Translations under genes and position numbers: made by a program
Notes under the pieces: generated by a model
Told to the model about the DNA's origin: nothing
The model's input: only the letters and a program-made list of their open reading frames with translations
Databases searched by the model: none
Origin: Candidatus Bathyarchaeota archaeon
GTDB lineage: Archaea > Thermoproteota > Bathyarchaeia > Bathyarchaeales > Bathycorpusculaceae
NCBI GenBank assembly: GCA_963806535.1
Contig: CAWDYC010000011.1
Span: 96,001-160,000 of the forward strand
DNA length: 64,000 nt
Direction: 5' to 3'
Shown here: positions 39,920 to 53,057 of the stretch, in pieces
Layout of the letters: each line of letters begins with the position of its first letter
Numbering within the stretch: the first letter of the stretch is position 1

Positions 39920-40447
39920 TTGACTGCGATAGAATATATAGGATTTAGGATACTGCGATTGCTAAGAAAATTACCATTTAACATACTAGGCGTTGGAAAC
40001 CGTAAATTAATTTTCGCTGAGTTCTTCAAGGATTTCGAAAATGTTGAGGCGGTAAAAGGCATTTTCGGCGAAAAAACAAATGAAGTCTTAAATCATCTTA
40101 CAGTAGAACTTAGCTGGATTTTCGGCTACATGTACGTGGATGGCTCCGATGGGCACCTTGTTATAAGCAAAAACTACCTCAACAACGGCGACAAAACAGA
40201 CATTTACCTTGACTTAATCCATGAACTTTGCCATGTTAAGCAATACATGGAAGGAAAAGAGCTCTTTGATGCAAGATATGACTATGTGGAACGACCCACC
40301 GAGATTGAAGCTTACCGTTATTGTGTTCAAGAAGCAAAACGCCTGGGTCTGAGTGATGAAAGAATCAGATGCTATCTCAGGACTGAATGGATGAGCGATA
40401 ACGACTTCAAAAAACTGGTTAAATCAGTTAACATTTCAATTTCCTAA
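39920..40447 (+). CDS. Small HExxH zincin-like protein
   Basis: LIHELCHVKQ and downstream PTEIEAY; start uncertain. Confidence 0.7.
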   Translation: MTAIEYIGFRILRLLRKLPFNILGVGNRKLIFAEFFKDFENVEAVKGIFGEKTNEVLNHLTVELSWIFGYMYVDGSDGHLVISKNYLNNGDKTDIYLDLIHELCHVKQYMEGKELFDARYDYVERPTEIEAYRYCVQEAKRLGLSDERIRCYLRTEWMSDNDFKKLVKSVNISIS

Positions 40448-41635
40448 TGCTTCATAATAGACTTTGAGCATTTTTTGAGCGCAAACATCCCACGTAAAGT
40501 TTTCCAAAACGAATCTGCGTCCATTGGCGCCCATTTTTTCCTGCAAACTCTTGTTCGAAATAACCTTCAACACTGCATCTGCAAACTCGGTAGTGTTGCC
40601 CAGCTTAACAAGTAAACCTGTTTCCCCATTTCGGACAGCTTCGTTTACTCCACCAATGTTAAAAGCCACAATCGGCTTAGCACAGGCTTGTGCTTCTAAC
40701 AGTACAATTCCTTGCCCCTCCTGAATTGATGGCAACGCGAAAACATCTGCGCAATTGTACACATTTGAGAGCTGGTCATCTTTTAGGTTGCCTAAAAACT
40801 TGAAATTACCTGATAGATTCGTCTTCTTAAGAGAATTATCCAATTGGTTTCTTAACGGTCCTTCTCCTACAATCAGAAATTTTGTATCGCTTTTTTCTTT
40901 AACTACTTGCCTGGCCGCTTCAACCAGAAAAGGCAGCCCTTTCCGAGGAATCAAACTACCAACAAAAAGCACACATGGCTCATCGCTTAATCCAAACCGT
41001 CGTTTAGCTGCTTCCCTATCCTCAAAGGGCCGGAATTTTGCAATGTCAACGCCATTTGGAACAATTCGCACCTTGGCCGCATCAACTTTGTAAAATTGCT
41101 TGATTTTCTCACACGAATAATTGCTGATCGTCACAATCAAAGTTGCATTTTGAGCTGTTTCAGACTCCAGCTTGCCAAGCCTACTCATGAAATAATTAGC
41201 AATCTTGCCTCTGAAAGACTGATAACCATTCTTCTTTGCCTGTTCATACTCGTCTGAGAGGACGCCATGAATCGTATGAATGAACGGCTTTTTGATGCCC
41301 TCTTTGTCTAACTTTTTGAGGAGTCCGTAACCGCTCACTGCATGAGCTTCAAAAACATCAGCATCAATGTTTGTGGCTTTTTTGGCGATGCTTCTGTTAA
41401 AGAACCAGTTGTCTAAAGGAAAAATTCTATCCGTTGAATAGAATGGAATAAAATTTACGCCGTTGAGGGTGGAAGGTTCGGTGAAGCCCGCTTTTGTGCC
41501 ACTGTAGACTGTAATGTCTGCTTGGTCTTGAAGTCGTTTGGTAGTTTCGATTATTCGCCTTTCTACCCCTCCAACATAGAGGTGAGGGGGTTGAGTATTG
41601 AAGACGGCTAACCGAAACTTTCCCATTCTGTTCAC
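40436..41635 (-). CDS. GT4 glycosyltransferase
   Basis: GGVER, VPNGVD, FVGSLIPRKG, EGQGIVLLEAQA. Confidence 0.92.
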   Translation of the reverse strand: MNRMGKFRLAVFNTQPPHLYVGGVERRIIETTKRLQDQADITVYSGTKAGFTEPSTLNGVNFIPFYSTDRIFPLDNWFFNRSIAKKATNIDADVFEAHAVSGYGLLKKLDKEGIKKPFIHTIHGVLSDEYEQAKKNGYQSFRGKIANYFMSRLGKLESETAQNATLIVTISNYSCEKIKQFYKVDAAKVRIVPNGVDIAKFRPFEDREAAKRRFGLSDEPCVLFVGSLIPRKGLPFLVEAARQVVKEKSDTKFLIVGEGPLRNQLDNSLKKTNLSGNFKFLGNLKDDQLSNVYNCADVFALPSIQEGQGIVLLEAQACAKPIVAFNIGGVNEAVRNGETGLLVKLGNTTEFADAVLKVISNKSLQEKMGANGRRFVLENFTWDVCAQKMLKVYYEALGN

Positions 41636-41793
41636 TTCTCTTTGACGAAATTCTTGTTTGACTAGTTAATGTTAGCTTATTTTTTACATATAAGTAGATT
41701 GTTTGAGATGTTAGGATTAAATGCAAATTTTAATAATCAAAAGTTCCTTATCTTGGTCATGTGGTTAAACCTTAACCCTGGCGGTATAAGGAC

Positions 41794-42564
41794 ATGAAAT
41801 TAGGCTACGTGATTACAATAATTTTTGCTGTTGTTCTATCTTCGCTCATTCTTTCCGTCGCTTTTTATTCTTATTATCTTTCCAATATTGTTGAGACTCA
41901 ACCGAAAGCAGACATAAGTGTTAAACTTGTTTATGCCTACATTGGTCATCCAACAGTTAACAACAAAATAGAAGGTCTATACTATAACAACACACAAACA
42001 AAGAGCGATATGAACTATAATTTAGCGTCATATGTTATAGTGTTGAGGGTAACTAATAATGCGGAAGCCAACCGGCACCAACAATTTGTCAGTATCACTC
42101 AAATTAGGGTCGCTGTTGCGCCACTCATTGTTGAGTATAAGCAATTTTTGAACGATTCAAATGGCCAACCTGCGCCTGGTGGACTTGGGGGACCAGCATA
42201 TGGAATAAGTAACGCTGTAATTTCTGAAGATCGGAAAGCGCTGCAAGGTGAGGTGGCGGGTTGGAGTGACTACTTAGACGCAGGAAGCTCAACACTTGTT
42301 GCTTTAACTGGTATGACGACAACCGATAAGTTTTCACAACAATATATTCAGAATGGTACTCTGTACGTTTGGTCACACATAATAGCTCAACCTGGTTATC
42401 CAGATGCTAAAAGCATAATCACACCTCAGGACCAATCAGCTAATGATCTTGAGCAAGTAAAATTCCAAAATATTGGCGGTGATTATCTTTTTAATGATTT
42501 ACTTGCTCAAAATCAAACACTGGTAATTGATGGGCTGAGGGCTCAAGTTTTGCCAAGCTCATAG
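41794..42564 (+). CDS. Membrane-anchored secreted hypothetical protein
   Basis: N-terminal TM helix, Asn/Gln/Ser-rich beta domain. Confidence 0.7.
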   Translation: MKLGYVITIIFAVVLSSLILSVAFYSYYLSNIVETQPKADISVKLVYAYIGHPTVNNKIEGLYYNNTQTKSDMNYNLASYVIVLRVTNNAEANRHQQFVSITQIRVAVAPLIVEYKQFLNDSNGQPAPGGLGGPAYGISNAVISEDRKALQGEVAGWSDYLDAGSSTLVALTGMTTTDKFSQQYIQNGTLYVWSHIIAQPGYPDAKSIITPQDQSANDLEQVKFQNIGGDYLFNDLLAQNQTLVIDGLRAQVLPSS

Positions 42565-42688
42565 TTTAGACGCCTTCAGACGAATTATGAGTTTAACTTG
42601 AGCACAGTTTCTTGGTTCAAACTTGCAGGTTCAAAACGCGGTCACTTTATACTTTTATATACTCTTTTATCCTATTTTGCGGAAGGGA

Positions 42689-45600
42689 ATGAAATTGACT
42701 GCCACCGAAGAAGCCGACTCAAACATAGGTTTACCAACTAATTATACTCCACTTGCATTAGAAAAAGAAATGCGGGAATTCTGGGCTAAAAACCAGATTA
42801 GAGAAAAACTCGAGCTTTTAGAAAAAAACGCTAAAGGATATTTAGGCTACGTTGAAGGACCACCCACGCTAAATGGTATTCCACACATCGGTCATGCACG
42901 AGGTCGCATAATGAAAGACATTCGTTACCGATGGAAAACCATGGAAGGCTATTACATGCCATTTTGGGCTGGATGGGACTGCCAAGGCTTACCCGTAGAG
43001 TTAGAAGTTGAGAAGCTTTTGGGAGTGCGTAACAAGCGGGAATCCATCGAAAAGTATGGAATGGAACGTTTCATCGAAGAATGCAAGAAAGCCATATTGC
43101 GTTACCATCAGATGTGGCTCGAAGCCGATGGGAACTTGGGAGTTTTCATTAATCAAGAGAAAGCTTATTGGACGTACAAGGACAGCTATATCGAGCGGGA
43201 ATGGCAAATCCTCAAACGGGCATGGGATCAAAGTCTTCTCGAAGAAGGACACTATGTTGTAGCCTATTGCCCAGGATGCCAAACATCACTCAGCAGCGCT
43301 GAAGTCGGCTACGAAGGTAGCTACAAAGAGGTGGAAGACCCGTCTGTCTATTTTAAATTCAAGGTTTCAGGAAGCAAAAACGAGTTTTTCCTCGTTTGGA
43401 CAACAATGCCATTCACCATAATAACTGACACAATGCTCGCTGTCAAGCCAGATGCCGAATATGTGAAAGTGAAAGTCGGCGATGAAATATGGATCATGAT
43501 GAAGCAGCGCGCCGACCCTGTTATGCAAGAACTTGATATAATAAAATATCAAGTTACCGAAACTATGCTGGGCAAAACCCTAGAGGGAACAGCATACGAT
43601 TACCCGCTAAAGGATTTGATTCCGAAACAAGCAGAACTTGAAACCAAACATCCCTTGGTGCATAAAGTCGTCGGAGAAGACTTCGTTGACGTTGAAACTG
43701 CCACTGGAGTGGTGCATCTTTCGCCTGGAAACGGAGAAGACGATTTTTGGGCAGCGCAACGAAGAGGAGTCCCCATATTTGCTCCATTCGATGATGAGGT
43801 AAAATTTACCAAAGATGCAGGAATATTTGTAGGCGTTTTTGCCCGAGAAGCAGACATGTTAGTTGTTGAGGAACTGCGCAACCACAATGCCTTTGTAAAA
43901 GTAACAAAAATCAAACATGAATATCCAACATGCTGGCGTTCCCATCACAAACTTGTTTGGCTCGCAAGAAAAGAATATTTCTTGCGCACCGACAAATTAA
44001 ACAGCAAAGTTTTGGAGGCAGCTGAAAAAGTTGAGTACTTCTTTGAAGAACCCAAAAACCGTTTCCTTGCCTTTCTTAAAGAAGGAAAACCATGGTGCGT
44101 AAGCAGAGAACGGATCTGGGGTACACCGCTCCCGATTTGGGCATGCGAAAAATGCGGCAATAAACGTATTGTAGGAAGCAAAAAAGAACTTCTCGAAAAT
44201 GCTCAGGAACAGATTCCAGAAAACTTTGAGTTACATAAGCCTTGGGTTGACCGAATTACTTTCAAATGTGACAAATGCAGCGGTTCAATGAAACGAGAGG
44301 ACTTTGTTCTGGACACCTGGCATAATAGTGGCGCTTCACCCTACGCAAGATTTACTGACGAAGAAGTTGAGAAGTTTGTGCCAACATCCTTCTTAACCGA
44401 GGGCATTGACCAAACCAGAGGCTGGGCAAACTCGTTACTGCTTGAACACGTAATTTTGACAGGCAAACCAGAGGCACCCTATAAAGCATTTCTGTTTCAA
44501 GGCTTAACACAAGACGCTAAAGGCAGAAAAATGAGCAAAAGCTTAGGAAACGTAGTTGAAACCAACAAACTGCTTGAAAAGAATTCAGCTGACCTCTGCC
44601 GTTTCTATATGATGCGAAAGTGCTCGTCGATCGACTTCATGAATTTTGACATGCAAGAACTCAACCGCCGCCCATACCAAGTCCTGTCAACACTTTATCA
44701 TTTAAGCAGGTTCTTTATGCAAAACGCATCATTCGACGAGTTTGACGCTAAAAAGTACACTTTAGATTGGGCTTTAAAATCAAATAAGCTTCAAGAAGCT
44801 GACTTCTGGCTTCTCTCCAAATTACAAGAAAAAATCGAGCAATATACAGGTGATTTGGAACGATGCGAATTCAATGCTGCAGTATCCGTTTTAGATGACT
44901 TCGTAATTGAAACCTTAAGCAGGCTGTACGTGCCTATGATTCGGAAGGAACTTTGGACTGATGAACCTGAGACTTTTGAAAGACGACAAACAATCTACGC
45001 ACTCCTGCATCACACATTAAAGACGGTTACATTGCTCTTTAATCCAGTCACGCCTTACCTTAGCGAGGCACTTTACCAGAAAATTTACAGACAACTGGAA
45101 CCTACGCTGCCCGAATCAGTTAATCTTGCCTCTTGGCCAACGCCAAAAAAGGAAATCCGCAACAAAAAACTTGAGGAACAATTTGACATTCTACTTAAAA
45201 CAGTTTCAATAGCCTACGCAGCAAGACAAACAGGGAAACTGAAACGCCGATGGCCTCTCAGCAAAGCAATCGTAGTTGCGCCACAAAAAACATTAGATGC
45301 TATAAAATGTCTTGAGGCGTTGTTTTTGGAACAAGTAAATGTGAAAGCTGCAGAATATGCCGCTAAGGTTCCTGAGTACGTTGGAGGCGAAAACTGGGTT
45401 TCAAGCGCAGAAGACGACATATCTGTATTTGTAAGCGGGCAACGCGATGACACATTGCTGGGAGAAGGCATCATGCGCGATTTAGCACGCCGTGTCCAAG
45501 CGCTCCGCAAAGAAATGGGGTTCACGCCGACTGACGTTTTAGAATCCGTTCATATTGCTGAGTTAGACGCAGAAAGCATGACGCTTTTGGAGCCATATTT

Positions 45601-45727
45601 AAAGGAGATGGCTGGACTAGTGAGGACTAGAAAAGTGTATATGCATGGCAACCGCAGCGAAGAACACGACGCAGAATGGCACGAATCCGAATTGGATGGC
45701 AAAAAAATATTCATAAACATCCACTAG
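42689..45727 (+). CDS. ileS: Isoleucine--tRNA ligase
   Basis: EGPP..NG..HIGH, GWDCQGLPVE, VWTTMP, EGIDQTRGW, KMSKS; ATG 42689 follows GGAAGG. Confidence 0.95.
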   Translation: MKLTATEEADSNIGLPTNYTPLALEKEMREFWAKNQIREKLELLEKNAKGYLGYVEGPPTLNGIPHIGHARGRIMKDIRYRWKTMEGYYMPFWAGWDCQGLPVELEVEKLLGVRNKRESIEKYGMERFIEECKKAILRYHQMWLEADGNLGVFINQEKAYWTYKDSYIEREWQILKRAWDQSLLEEGHYVVAYCPGCQTSLSSAEVGYEGSYKEVEDPSVYFKFKVSGSKNEFFLVWTTMPFTIITDTMLAVKPDAEYVKVKVGDEIWIMMKQRADPVMQELDIIKYQVTETMLGKTLEGTAYDYPLKDLIPKQAELETKHPLVHKVVGEDFVDVETATGVVHLSPGNGEDDFWAAQRRGVPIFAPFDDEVKFTKDAGIFVGVFAREADMLVVEELRNHNAFVKVTKIKHEYPTCWRSHHKLVWLARKEYFLRTDKLNSKVLEAAEKVEYFFEEPKNRFLAFLKEGKPWCVSRERIWGTPLPIWACEKCGNKRIVGSKKELLENAQEQIPENFELHKPWVDRITFKCDKCSGSMKREDFVLDTWHNSGASPYARFTDEEVEKFVPTSFLTEGIDQTRGWANSLLLEHVILTGKPEAPYKAFLFQGLTQDAKGRKMSKSLGNVVETNKLLEKNSADLCRFYMMRKCSSIDFMNFDMQELNRRPYQVLSTLYHLSRFFMQNASFDEFDAKKYTLDWALKSNKLQEADFWLLSKLQEKIEQYTGDLERCEFNAAVSVLDDFVIETLSRLYVPMIRKELWTDEPETFERRQTIYALLHHTLKTVTLLFNPVTPYLSEALYQKIYRQLEPTLPESVNLASWPTPKKEIRNKKLEEQFDILLKTVSIAYAARQTGKLKRRWPLSKAIVVAPQKTLDAIKCLEALFLEQVNVKAAEYAAKVPEYVGGENWVSSAEDDISVFVSGQRDDTLLGEGIMRDLARRVQALRKEMGFTPTDVLESVHIAELDAESMTLLEPYLKEMAGLVRTRKVYMHGNRSEEHDAEWHESELDGKKIFINIH

Positions 45728-45821
45728 TATGACTTTTTTTCATGTCTTTCTTTTTAATTGATTGAAGCCAACTCTCCGGCTTTCACTTAACAACTTCATT
45801 ATTAAACAAAAATAAGAGAGA

Positions 45822-46499
45822 TTAAACTCTGACACGAACATTTTCTGTATATTTGTTTATTATTTGTGCAAATTCGCCGATAATCTCAGGTCCATAAGGC
45901 TTGAGCGTTTGAAATTTCTTGTCTAATGTATCCTCTGCAATGTATTGCTGTAGTGCATGAATTTTTGAGCCTTTCACCATTTCGCCGATGCATGTGGCGT
46001 CTTGCGCTGTGACTATTTGTGGCACTACGGTTGTCCTGAATTCGTAAGGCACCTTACCTGTCTTCAAAATTTCGATTGTTTGCATGAGTCCAGCTGTGTC
46101 TTTTGCGCCTAGCAGATTGTATTTTTCTCTGCAGGTTTTCACATCCATAGCTACATAATCAACGCTGCCTAAACATTCCTCAAGAACTTCTGGGAAAAAG
46201 CCGTTTGTGTCCAGTTTAACCATGAAGCCTCGTTCCTTAAGTTTAGCTAAAAATTTAGGCAATTCCTTATGCATGCAAGGTTCGCCGCCTGTTATAACTA
46301 CTGCATCAATGTATTTTTTGCGGCTTTCCAAAATTTCTAAGGCAGCGCCTTCCTGCAAAAAAGGTGGTTGAGGGTTTACAGCAATACGCCAATTGTGGCA
46401 GAAGGGACAACGTAAGTTACAGCCTGGCGTAAATAGGACACTGGCTACTTTATCTGGATAGTCAAGCAAGCTTGTTTTTTGTAATCCGCTAAATTTCAT
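45822..46499 (-). CDS. nrdG: Anaerobic ribonucleotide reductase activating radical-SAM enzyme
   Basis: GCNLRCPFCHN, TGGEP, KLDTNG, YEFRTT; downstream of nrdD. Confidence 0.92.
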   Translation of the reverse strand: MKFSGLQKTSLLDYPDKVASVLFTPGCNLRCPFCHNWRIAVNPQPPFLQEGAALEILESRKKYIDAVVITGGEPCMHKELPKFLAKLKERGFMVKLDTNGFFPEVLEECLGSVDYVAMDVKTCREKYNLLGAKDTAGLMQTIEILKTGKVPYEFRTTVVPQIVTAQDATCIGEMVKGSKIHALQQYIAEDTLDKKFQTLKPYGPEIIGEFAQIINKYTENVRVRV

Positions 46500-46514
46500 G
46501 TCAGGTTTTTCCTC

Positions 46515-48641
46515 TCAAGTTGTTAAGGGTGATGTGATGATCATAGTAGATCGATCGAAGGTTTTGCGCATAGCAAATTCTGCTTGTTTTCCATCATTCC
46601 ATTGGTCCACTGGTCTTAAGTAGCCCACTACTCTTGAGTAAATTTCGCAGTTTGCTCCGCAGGAAGGACAAGTCTTGTGTTCTCCAGTTGTATAGCCATG
46701 AGTTGGACAAATGCTAAATGTTGGCGTCAGAGTGAAGTAAGGCAACTTTGAGTTCCATGATACTTTTTTAATTAATTCGGCAGCCGCTTTCCAGGAGCTT
46801 AACCGTTCCCCTAAGAAAATGTGGAAAACTGTTCCTCCAGTGTATTGTGTTTGCATTGTTTCCTGATGCTCTAAGGCGTCAAATAAGTCACCGTTGAAGT
46901 CAACTGGTAACTGGGATGAGTTGGTGTAGAAAGGTTCAGCGTGGTCGGCTACAACTTGTTTTTGGTTAGCGAATATTATGTCTTTGTAGCGTTTCTTGTC
47001 TATTCGAGCAAGTCGATAAGAAGTTCCCTCGGCGGGAGTTGCTTCAAGATTATATATGCTGTCAGTTTGTTCTTGATAATCTGCGAGACGGTTTCGCATG
47101 AAAGTTAACATTTTAACTGCGAATGCTTGTCCGTCGCGTGATGCTATGTTTTGTCCTAGCAAGTTTATGATTGCTTCGTTTACTCCTACTATGCCTATGG
47201 TGGAGAAGTGGTTCTTCCAGTATTTGCCGTAGCCTTCTTTCACATGTCGTAGGTAACGCCGTGAATACGGGTATAAACCGTTATCTGTGAATGCTTCAAG
47301 CACTTTACGTTTTATTTCCAAACTGGATTTTGCAGTTTCCATCAGTATATCTAATCGCTCAAAGAATTCGTCTTCATCTTTAGATAAGTAGCCAATGCGT
47401 GGAATGTTTAATGTTACAACGCCTATGCTGCCTGTTAACGGGTTAGCTCCGAAGAATCCGCCTCCTCGCTTGCGGAGTTCGCGGTTGTCTATTCTTAGGC
47501 GGCAGCACATGCTGCGTACATCTTCAGGTTTCATATCGCTGTTAACAAAGTTCGAGAAATAAGGCACACCATACTTTGCAGTAACTTCAAAGATAGCTTG
47601 TGATACAGGTGAATCCCAATCGAAATCTTTGGTGATGTTGTAGGTTGGAATTGGGAATGTGAACACTCTTCCCTTTGAATCGCCTTGTCGCATGACCTCT
47701 GCGAAGGCTAAGTTGAACATTTCCATTTCTTTGGTCATGTCGCCGTAGATGTCTTGTGTTACTTTTCCATTGAAGAGAACTGCTTCGTTTTTCATGAAGT
47801 CTGGGACGACCAAATCAAGAGTCAAGTTTGTGAACGGCGTTTGGAAACCTACACGGGTCGGTACGTTCATGTTGAAGAAGAATTCTTGAAGTGCTTGCAA
47901 TACTTCTTGCTGATTAAGATGGTCATATTTTATGAATGGGGCAAGATAGGTGTCAAAGTTACTGAATGCTTGCGCTCCTGCTGCTTCACCCTGTAATGTA
48001 TAGAAGAAGTTTACGACTTGACCTAGTGCCGTTCGGAAGTGTTTAGCTGGTTTGCTCTCTATTTTTCCTGAAACGCCTCCGAAGCCTGCAAGTAATAGTT
48101 CACTTATGTCCCAACCGACACAATAAGCACCTAAAACTCCTAGATCATGAATGTGGAGATCACCTGAAAAGTGGGCGTCAGCAATATTTTGGGGATAGAT
48201 TCTTGATATCCAATATTTTGCTATCACGGTTGAGGATAGGTAATTGTTCAATCCCTGTAGAGAGTAGCTCATGTTGCTGTTTTCTTTAACGCGCCAATCC
48301 TCAACTTCAAGATATTGATCTACCATGTCTGATGAGCTTAGCAAAGCGGCTAATTCACGCATGTCGGTATGCTGCTTTCTATAGAGAATGTACGCTTTCG
48401 CAGTCTGTGCATGTCCATTTTCAATTAAGCGTTTTTCAACGACATCTTGAACTTCCTCAACAGTGGGGACTCCATCGTCACCGTAAGTTTTTTGCAGTTC
48501 AGCAACTACTTCATCACTTACGCGTTTGGCTTGATCTTTATTTGTTCCACCTACTGCTTTTGCCGCTTTCCAAATGGCGGTTGTTATACGTTCTTGATCG
48601 AAGGGTTCTAATTTACTATCACGTTTTAATACAAACCTCAT
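46515..48641 (-). CDS. nrdD: Class III anaerobic ribonucleoside-triphosphate reductase with ATP cone
   Basis: ATP cone, HIHDL, GAQAF, SMCCRL, EATPAEG, CPTHG..CPSC, YSRVVGYL glycyl-radical motif. Confidence 0.95.
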   Translation of the reverse strand: MRFVLKRDSKLEPFDQERITTAIWKAAKAVGGTNKDQAKRVSDEVVAELQKTYGDDGVPTVEEVQDVVEKRLIENGHAQTAKAYILYRKQHTDMRELAALLSSSDMVDQYLEVEDWRVKENSNMSYSLQGLNNYLSSTVIAKYWISRIYPQNIADAHFSGDLHIHDLGVLGAYCVGWDISELLLAGFGGVSGKIESKPAKHFRTALGQVVNFFYTLQGEAAGAQAFSNFDTYLAPFIKYDHLNQQEVLQALQEFFFNMNVPTRVGFQTPFTNLTLDLVVPDFMKNEAVLFNGKVTQDIYGDMTKEMEMFNLAFAEVMRQGDSKGRVFTFPIPTYNITKDFDWDSPVSQAIFEVTAKYGVPYFSNFVNSDMKPEDVRSMCCRLRIDNRELRKRGGGFFGANPLTGSIGVVTLNIPRIGYLSKDEDEFFERLDILMETAKSSLEIKRKVLEAFTDNGLYPYSRRYLRHVKEGYGKYWKNHFSTIGIVGVNEAIINLLGQNIASRDGQAFAVKMLTFMRNRLADYQEQTDSIYNLEATPAEGTSYRLARIDKKRYKDIIFANQKQVVADHAEPFYTNSSQLPVDFNGDLFDALEHQETMQTQYTGGTVFHIFLGERLSSWKAAAELIKKVSWNSKLPYFTLTPTFSICPTHGYTTGEHKTCPSCGANCEIYSRVVGYLRPVDQWNDGKQAEFAMRKTFDRSTMIITSPLTT

Positions 48642-49084
48642 TTTTTCACCTCAAGGAGTACTCGCCTGAAATCTTCAGGCTCTTCAAACTGCTTGTAAAC
48701 TGAAGCAAAGCGAATGTAGGCAATGCGATCCAAATTTTTCAGATGCTTCATAATTAGATCCCCGATTTCTTGGGACGCAACTTCTTCAGTATCTTTTAGC
48801 ATCAGATCTTGCCTTACTTTACCTGCTAACTCGTTGATTTGGCTCATTGTTACAGGTCTTTTTTCGCATGCTTTCTGTAAACCTCGTATTATTTTGTTAA
48901 CGTCAAAGCGTTCAAGTTCGCCGTCTTTTTTTCGGACCATAAGCTCTACTGTTTCCAGATATTCGTAGGTTGTGTAACGTTTTCCGCAGTTAATGCACTC
49001 TCTACGTCTACGTGTAGTGTTCTCTGGAGAATCGCGTGTTTCCAATGTTTTAGAGTTTTCCGAATTGCAGTATGGGCATCTCAT
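48638..49084 (-). CDS. nrdR: Transcriptional repressor NrdR
   Basis: MRCPYC, RRRRECINC..RYTTYE, ATP cone, AYIRFASVY. Confidence 0.95.
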   Translation of the reverse strand: MRCPYCNSENSKTLETRDSPENTTRRRRECINCGKRYTTYEYLETVELMVRKKDGELERFDVNKIIRGLQKACEKRPVTMSQINELAGKVRQDLMLKDTEEVASQEIGDLIMKHLKNLDRIAYIRFASVYKQFEEPEDFRRVLLEVKK

Positions 49085-49105
49085 AGGTTAACATTCTCAT
49101 GCTTT

Positions 49106-49154
49106 ATTGTATATGTAGTGTTATACAACCTTACTCACACACTACAGTTAGCGC
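49106..49154. promoter_or_regulatory. Two candidate NrdR boxes upstream of nrdR-nrdD-nrdG
   Basis: ATTGTATATGTAGTGT (49106-49121) and ACACTACAGTTAGCGC (49139-49154), partial matches to acaCwAtATaTwGtgt, 33 bp apart. Confidence 0.5.
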
Positions 49155-49384
49155 ATATATAAGGTATTTTAACATTAAACTTGAAATATTACGTATTAAG
49201 ATAAAGATCGCTCCATCAAAAATAAACAAAAAACACAAAATAAAAAAGTGAGAAACAGTCCTTTTTGCGCAAAAAACCGCCTTTTCTCGAAGATAATGGT
49301 TTGATTAAAGCTTGCGAAAGAAATATAATAAAAACAGAGCTCTACTTAGTTACATTTATCTTGATAAACACGAAAAGGTATGTT

Positions 49385-49774
49385 ATGGACCCAGAAATGA
49401 AGGCGAAAATTGTAAAAGATGGCTCCTTAGAAGAGTATTTAACTCCTGAACAATGCTTTGTAGTTGAGAACTACAGCGATGGACTAGTTTCAATTGCAAG
49501 AGCCCGGGTTAAACCTGGAGTTACAACCATTGCCCATCACCTCAACGGTGCAACTGAAATTTACCTTATTGCTTGTGGAAAAGGCATAGTAACTGTTGGC
49601 AGTCTCCAACCAACAGAAGTTGCTGCTGGAGATGTCGTAGTTATTCCAGCCGGTGTCTCCCAAAAAATAACGAACATTGGAAAAACCGATTTAGTTTTCC
49701 ACTGCATATACACCCCAAGATTCACCCAAGAATGTTACTTTAGTGAAGAAGAAACAAAAACAAAGCCGAAGTAA
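49385..49774 (+). CDS. Cupin domain protein
   Basis: PGVTTIAHHL..EIY..G.G, GDVVVIPAG. Confidence 0.85.
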   Translation: MDPEMKAKIVKDGSLEEYLTPEQCFVVENYSDGLVSIARARVKPGVTTIAHHLNGATEIYLIACGKGIVTVGSLQPTEVAAGDVVVIPAGVSQKITNIGKTDLVFHCIYTPRFTQECYFSEEETKTKPK

Positions 49775-49899
49775 TTTTTGTGGATATATATCGATTATTG
49801 TAGTAGCGCTTTATTAGTATATTTTTACTCTTTAAGGAATTGAGAAGGAAAACAAGGAGAAAGGAAGGCTTTTTACGCCTCTTTATGAGGCAGTTTTTT

Positions 49900-52780
<2,881 letters not shown>

Positions 52781-52816
52781 TTTTCTTCACGTTAAATAAT
52801 TTTTTTGATCGACGGC

Positions 52817-52954
52817 TTAGCCGCCGCCGGCTGCTTTATCTATGCCTATACAGCAAGTGCATTTTGCTGTTTCTCCGCAATATGGGCATACGCAATTACA
52901 ATTGTCAATGAAATTTCCGCAATTTATGCAACGAGGCAAATCTTTTCTGCTCAT
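52817..52954 (-). CDS. 45-aa Cys-rich peptide (metallothionein-like or Zn/Fe-S binding), not in ORF track
   Basis: MSRKDLPRCINCGNFIDNCNCVCPYCGETAKCTCCIGIDKAAGGG*, 9 Cys, GAGG upstream, same strand as flanking genes. Confidence 0.7.
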   Translation of the reverse strand: MSRKDLPRCINCGNFIDNCNCVCPYCGETAKCTCCIGIDKAAGGG

Positions 52955-53057
52955 TTCTTCGCCTCTGCCATATCTAGTGTTGCATTGTGTTCGGAATTAA
53001 GTTTTCGGAAATACTTCTAACTTAAAGCTTAACAAAAAAAAGAAAGAATAGTTGATT

